A DNA stretch of 64,000 nt. Origin: Campylobacterales bacterium (GTDB taxonomy: Bacteria > Campylobacterota > Campylobacteria > Campylobacterales > Nitratiruptoraceae). Location: NCBI GenBank assembly GCA_027065825.1, contig JAMONM010000058.1, forward strand, positions 38,958-102,957. Direction: 5' to 3'. A program made the position numbers and the translations under genes. The notes under the pieces were generated by a model that ran no database searches, had not been told where the DNA came from, and saw only the letters and a program-made list of their open reading frames with translations. Of this stretch, positions 61,505 through 64,000 are shown one piece after another (within the stretch, counting starts at the first letter, position 1; each line of letters opens with the position of its first letter).

Positions 61505-61528
61505 CTCTTCTCCTTTATATGGTGTTTT

Positions 61529-62989
61529 TTATTCTGGGATCAGCGTCCAGCCCGGTTTGAGCTGAGCTTTGTACATGAACATGTAGTGCAGGATATGTTT
61601 TATCCAGTGTCCGGCAAGTCCGATCTCTCCGAAGGTATATTCGGGATCCCTTCCGGTTCCGGGATACTTTTCGTAATCAGGAACTACAGGATATACCGTT
61701 AACGCCGCCGCTGTACCGTCCCACCAGCTCTTGCCAGTGCTTGCCACGCATGCGGCGCCCATTTCGGCCATAGAGGCGTGATGTTGAGGTTTGTCTGTTT
61801 TGCCCTGAATCATCTCCACAATGCTTTGGGCCACGGTTTTTCCTATTATTCCCGAAGGCATACCGGTTCTCGGAGGAGCCGGCGTTATCGGGGTTCCGTT
61901 TGGAGATTTCGCCGGTTTGGATATAGGATGCGGCGGCGCAAACGCGATTCCTACCGCGAACATATTGGGATAGTCCGGATTTTGATAATATTTAGGCCAG
62001 TCTTCACCTTTCCACTCTTCGAACGGTTTTGGGGTATAGTCGGCGTCCACTTTCATGAATCCGTTCGGCATAAAGACTTTATCGGTTATGTCGTTGCCCT
62101 CTTTGTCGAAAGCTTTCAGTCCGACTCCGCTAAAAGGAGGGATCAGCATTGCAAAATCGAACTCCTCTTCGCCCTTGCTGCCGTCTAGGAGTTCATAATA
62201 GGCTTTACCGGGCTCCACCTTCTCCACGTGGGCGCCGGTAATCCAGTCTACGCCCCTTTCTACAAATAGCGATTCGGCCATGATTTTACTGGAGGTGAGA
62301 TATCCTCCGAAGGTTATATGAACTCCGGCGACTCCGAAATCTCCTAAAAACTGTTCGTTGGAGATCCACTTTATATCCGCCTTGTCTCTTACGCCAGCTT
62401 TTCTTAGGTTGTATTCGATGTTAAAGATATACTCAAAGGCCGCTCCCTGACAGGTGCACATACCGTGTCCGGTACCGATTAGAAATTTCTGTCTCTCTCC
62501 TTTTTTCATCCTTTCGATAGCCGTTTGAAGGGCGTCGTTTGCCTGGGCGGCGTGCTGGTAGGTACAGACGGACCAGGTGTGTCCGTTTTCCGGACCCAAC
62601 CCTTCTGTAGCGGCGAAATTTAGTTTAGGTCCGGTGGCGTTTATGAGATAGTCATATTCCACCTCTTCGGTTTCCCCCTTTTTTGAAGGGTCGGTATATT
62701 CGATCGTTACGAATGGTTTGTCGCTTCCTTCCTTGCCTTCGGGATGGATGGAAACCGCTTTTGCCTGTTTAAAGTCGATGCCGGCCTTTTTGTATACCGG
62801 AGCCAGCTCGAATACCACGTCTTCGGGCCTCATTTCACCTACTCCCACCCAGATGTTGGAGGGAATCCAGTTCCATTTGCTGTTGGGAGAGACTACAACC
62901 ACCTCATGTTCGTCTCCCAACCAGTGTTTGGCGAATGTGGCGGCGGTATGTCCGGACACACCTGCCCCCAGGACTACGAGTCTTGCCAT
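61529..62989 (-). CDS. sqr: Sulfide:quinone oxidoreductase, type IV (SqrD-like)
   Basis: VLGAGVSG, WIPSNIWVGVG, TCQGAAFEY, APPH, PPRTGMPS, MGAAC, GEIGLAGHW motifs; start at ATG 62989 with AAAGGGG RBS. Confidence 0.9.
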   Translation of the reverse strand: MARLVVLGAGVSGHTAATFAKHWLGDEHEVVVVSPNSKWNWIPSNIWVGVGEMRPEDVVFELAPVYKKAGIDFKQAKAVSIHPEGKEGSDKPFVTIEYTDPSKKGETEEVEYDYLINATGPKLNFAATEGLGPENGHTWSVCTYQHAAQANDALQTAIERMKKGERQKFLIGTGHGMCTCQGAAFEYIFNIEYNLRKAGVRDKADIKWISNEQFLGDFGVAGVHITFGGYLTSSKIMAESLFVERGVDWITGAHVEKVEPGKAYYELLDGSKGEEEFDFAMLIPPFSGVGLKAFDKEGNDITDKVFMPNGFMKVDADYTPKPFEEWKGEDWPKYYQNPDYPNMFAVGIAFAPPHPISKPAKSPNGTPITPAPPRTGMPSGIIGKTVAQSIVEMIQGKTDKPQHHASMAEMGAACVASTGKSWWDGTAAALTVYPVVPDYEKYPGTGRDPEYTFGEIGLAGHWIKHILHYMFMYKAQLKPGWTLIPE

Positions 62990-63095
62990 AATGTACCCCT
63001 TTGTATGATTGTGATTTGATTCCAAAACAATTATAATCCTTTTATCTTTAAAGAATTATTATAGAAAACTGATGATTGATAAAATTAACTGATAG

Positions 63096-63137
63096 ATTTT
63101 TATAAGGTTGAATTAAATAATCAATGCTTATAAAAAT
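63096..63137. promoter_or_regulatory. 11-bp perfect inverted repeat upstream of the sqr promoter (candidate operator)
   Basis: ATTTTTATAAG-N20-CTTATAAAAAT; two TATAAT boxes on the minus strand at 63058-63063 and 63030-63035. Confidence 0.5.
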
Positions 63138-63167
63138 TATTAATCAAAATAATAAATATTGATGAAT

Positions 63168-63704
63168 TTATCCTATATGCGATAGATACTCGTTTTTGAA
63201 CTTCACGTATCTTTCGGCCGAGAGATAGAGCTGTTCCACCTCGGTATCGGTTAGTTTTCTTACGGCCTTTGCGGGAGATCCAATGATCAGGCTTCTAGGT
63301 TCGAATATCTTGCCTTTGGTAACCAGCGCTCCGGCGCCGACGATTGACTCCTCTCCGATAACCGCTCCATCGAGTATAGTGGCGTTCATGCCGATTAGCG
63401 ATCCTCGACCTATTTTGCAGCCGTGCAGCATAACTCGATGTCCCACTGTGACATCATCTTCTATTATTGTGGGATACCCGTCGCTCATATCGTCTTTTGT
63501 ATAGTGGGTAACATGAATCATCGTTAGATCTTGTATATTCACTCTATCTCCGATTTTTATATAGTGTACGTCTCCTCTGATGACGCAACCGAACCATACG
63601 GAAGAGTCGTTTCCTATTTGAACGTTGCCTATTACGGTCGCGCCCGGAGCTATCCAGCCATTTTCTCCTATTTTTGGAAACCATTTTTTGTAACTTAGCA
63701 ACAT
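63168..63704 (-). CDS. Gamma-carbonic anhydrase family (hexapeptide repeat) protein
   Basis: IRGDVHYI, NIQD, HVT, VGHRVMLHGC, GSPAKAVR motifs. Confidence 0.93.
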   Translation of the reverse strand: MLLSYKKWFPKIGENGWIAPGATVIGNVQIGNDSSVWFGCVIRGDVHYIKIGDRVNIQDLTMIHVTHYTKDDMSDGYPTIIEDDVTVGHRVMLHGCKIGRGSLIGMNATILDGAVIGEESIVGAGALVTKGKIFEPRSLIIGSPAKAVRKLTDTEVEQLYLSAERYVKFKNEYLSHIG

Positions 63705-63712
63705 TTTCTCTC

Positions 63713-64000
63713 CTAGCTCTCTTTGAGAAGTCTTCGGGCCAGTTTTTTGGCTCTGTTGACGCTGTTTTTTTTATGGGAGGCGTATATCATATTGGTGTAC
63801 TCCTCCATAATCAGCTGAGAGTTTATCGGCGTTCTGCCGGCAGATTCTATAGGGGTATACTCTCCGTTTTCCTGTAGCTCTCTGGCCAGCACGTTGTCGT
63901 TTATCTGCAGATTGAGTATCTCAAACAGCTTTTCGGAAAGCTCCTCGTCGAATATGGGCGTCATAAGTTCTATTCTTCTTTCGAGATTTCTTGGCATCCA
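63713..64000 (-). CDS. ppk1: Polyphosphate kinase 1, C-terminal fragment (truncated by the window edge)
   Basis: WMPRNLERRIELMTPI...DNVLAREL, the typical PPK1 C-terminus. Confidence 0.88.
   Translation of the reverse strand, partial: WMPRNLERRIELMTPIFDEELSEKLFEILNLQINDNVLARELQENGEYTPIESAGRTPINSQLIMEEYTNMIYASHKKNSVNRAKKLARRLLKES

Overview
This window is mostly core chromosome of a free-living Campylobacterota (Epsilonproteobacteria) bacterium. Evidence for the assignment is gene order that I recall from Campylobacter/Helicobacter (rpmE-rsmI-rlmB...hom...yraN-trxA-trxB; chePep-gmk-tatA-argS; HP0268-miaB-DUF374-pilMNO-like) and the presence of ChePep, HP0268 and MOMP-type proteins. A sulfur-oxidising, possibly vent-type lifestyle is an inference from the SQR and extra redox genes. 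Coding density is very high (about 70 CDS and one tRNA-Phe). I saw no IS element, integrase, prophage, CRISPR array or clear pseudogene. Non-core content: the end of a type IV pilus/type II secretion cluster (two prepilins, a GspE/PilB ATPase with an MshEN-like N-terminus, GspF/PilC), a stand-alone Cys-type FdhF-like formate dehydrogenase, a secreted RNase T2, an ALDH-TudS-bcp-KamA-like operon, a diguanylate cyclase, a DUF465-hicA pair and a type IV SQR locus. The best candidates for undescribed biology are four. (1) A catalytically dead peptide-deformylase fold fused to a 3-Cys membrane domain, downstream of sqr and a small partner peptide. (2) A ~50-nt C-rich, anti-Shine-Dalgarno-type sRNA with its own promoter and terminator upstream of rpmE. 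(3) A KamA-like aminomutase whose lysine-binding aspartates appear to be replaced by Arg/Ser. (4) An orphan HicA translationally coupled to DUF465 instead of HicB. All family assignments come from motif recognition by eye; no database search was run.
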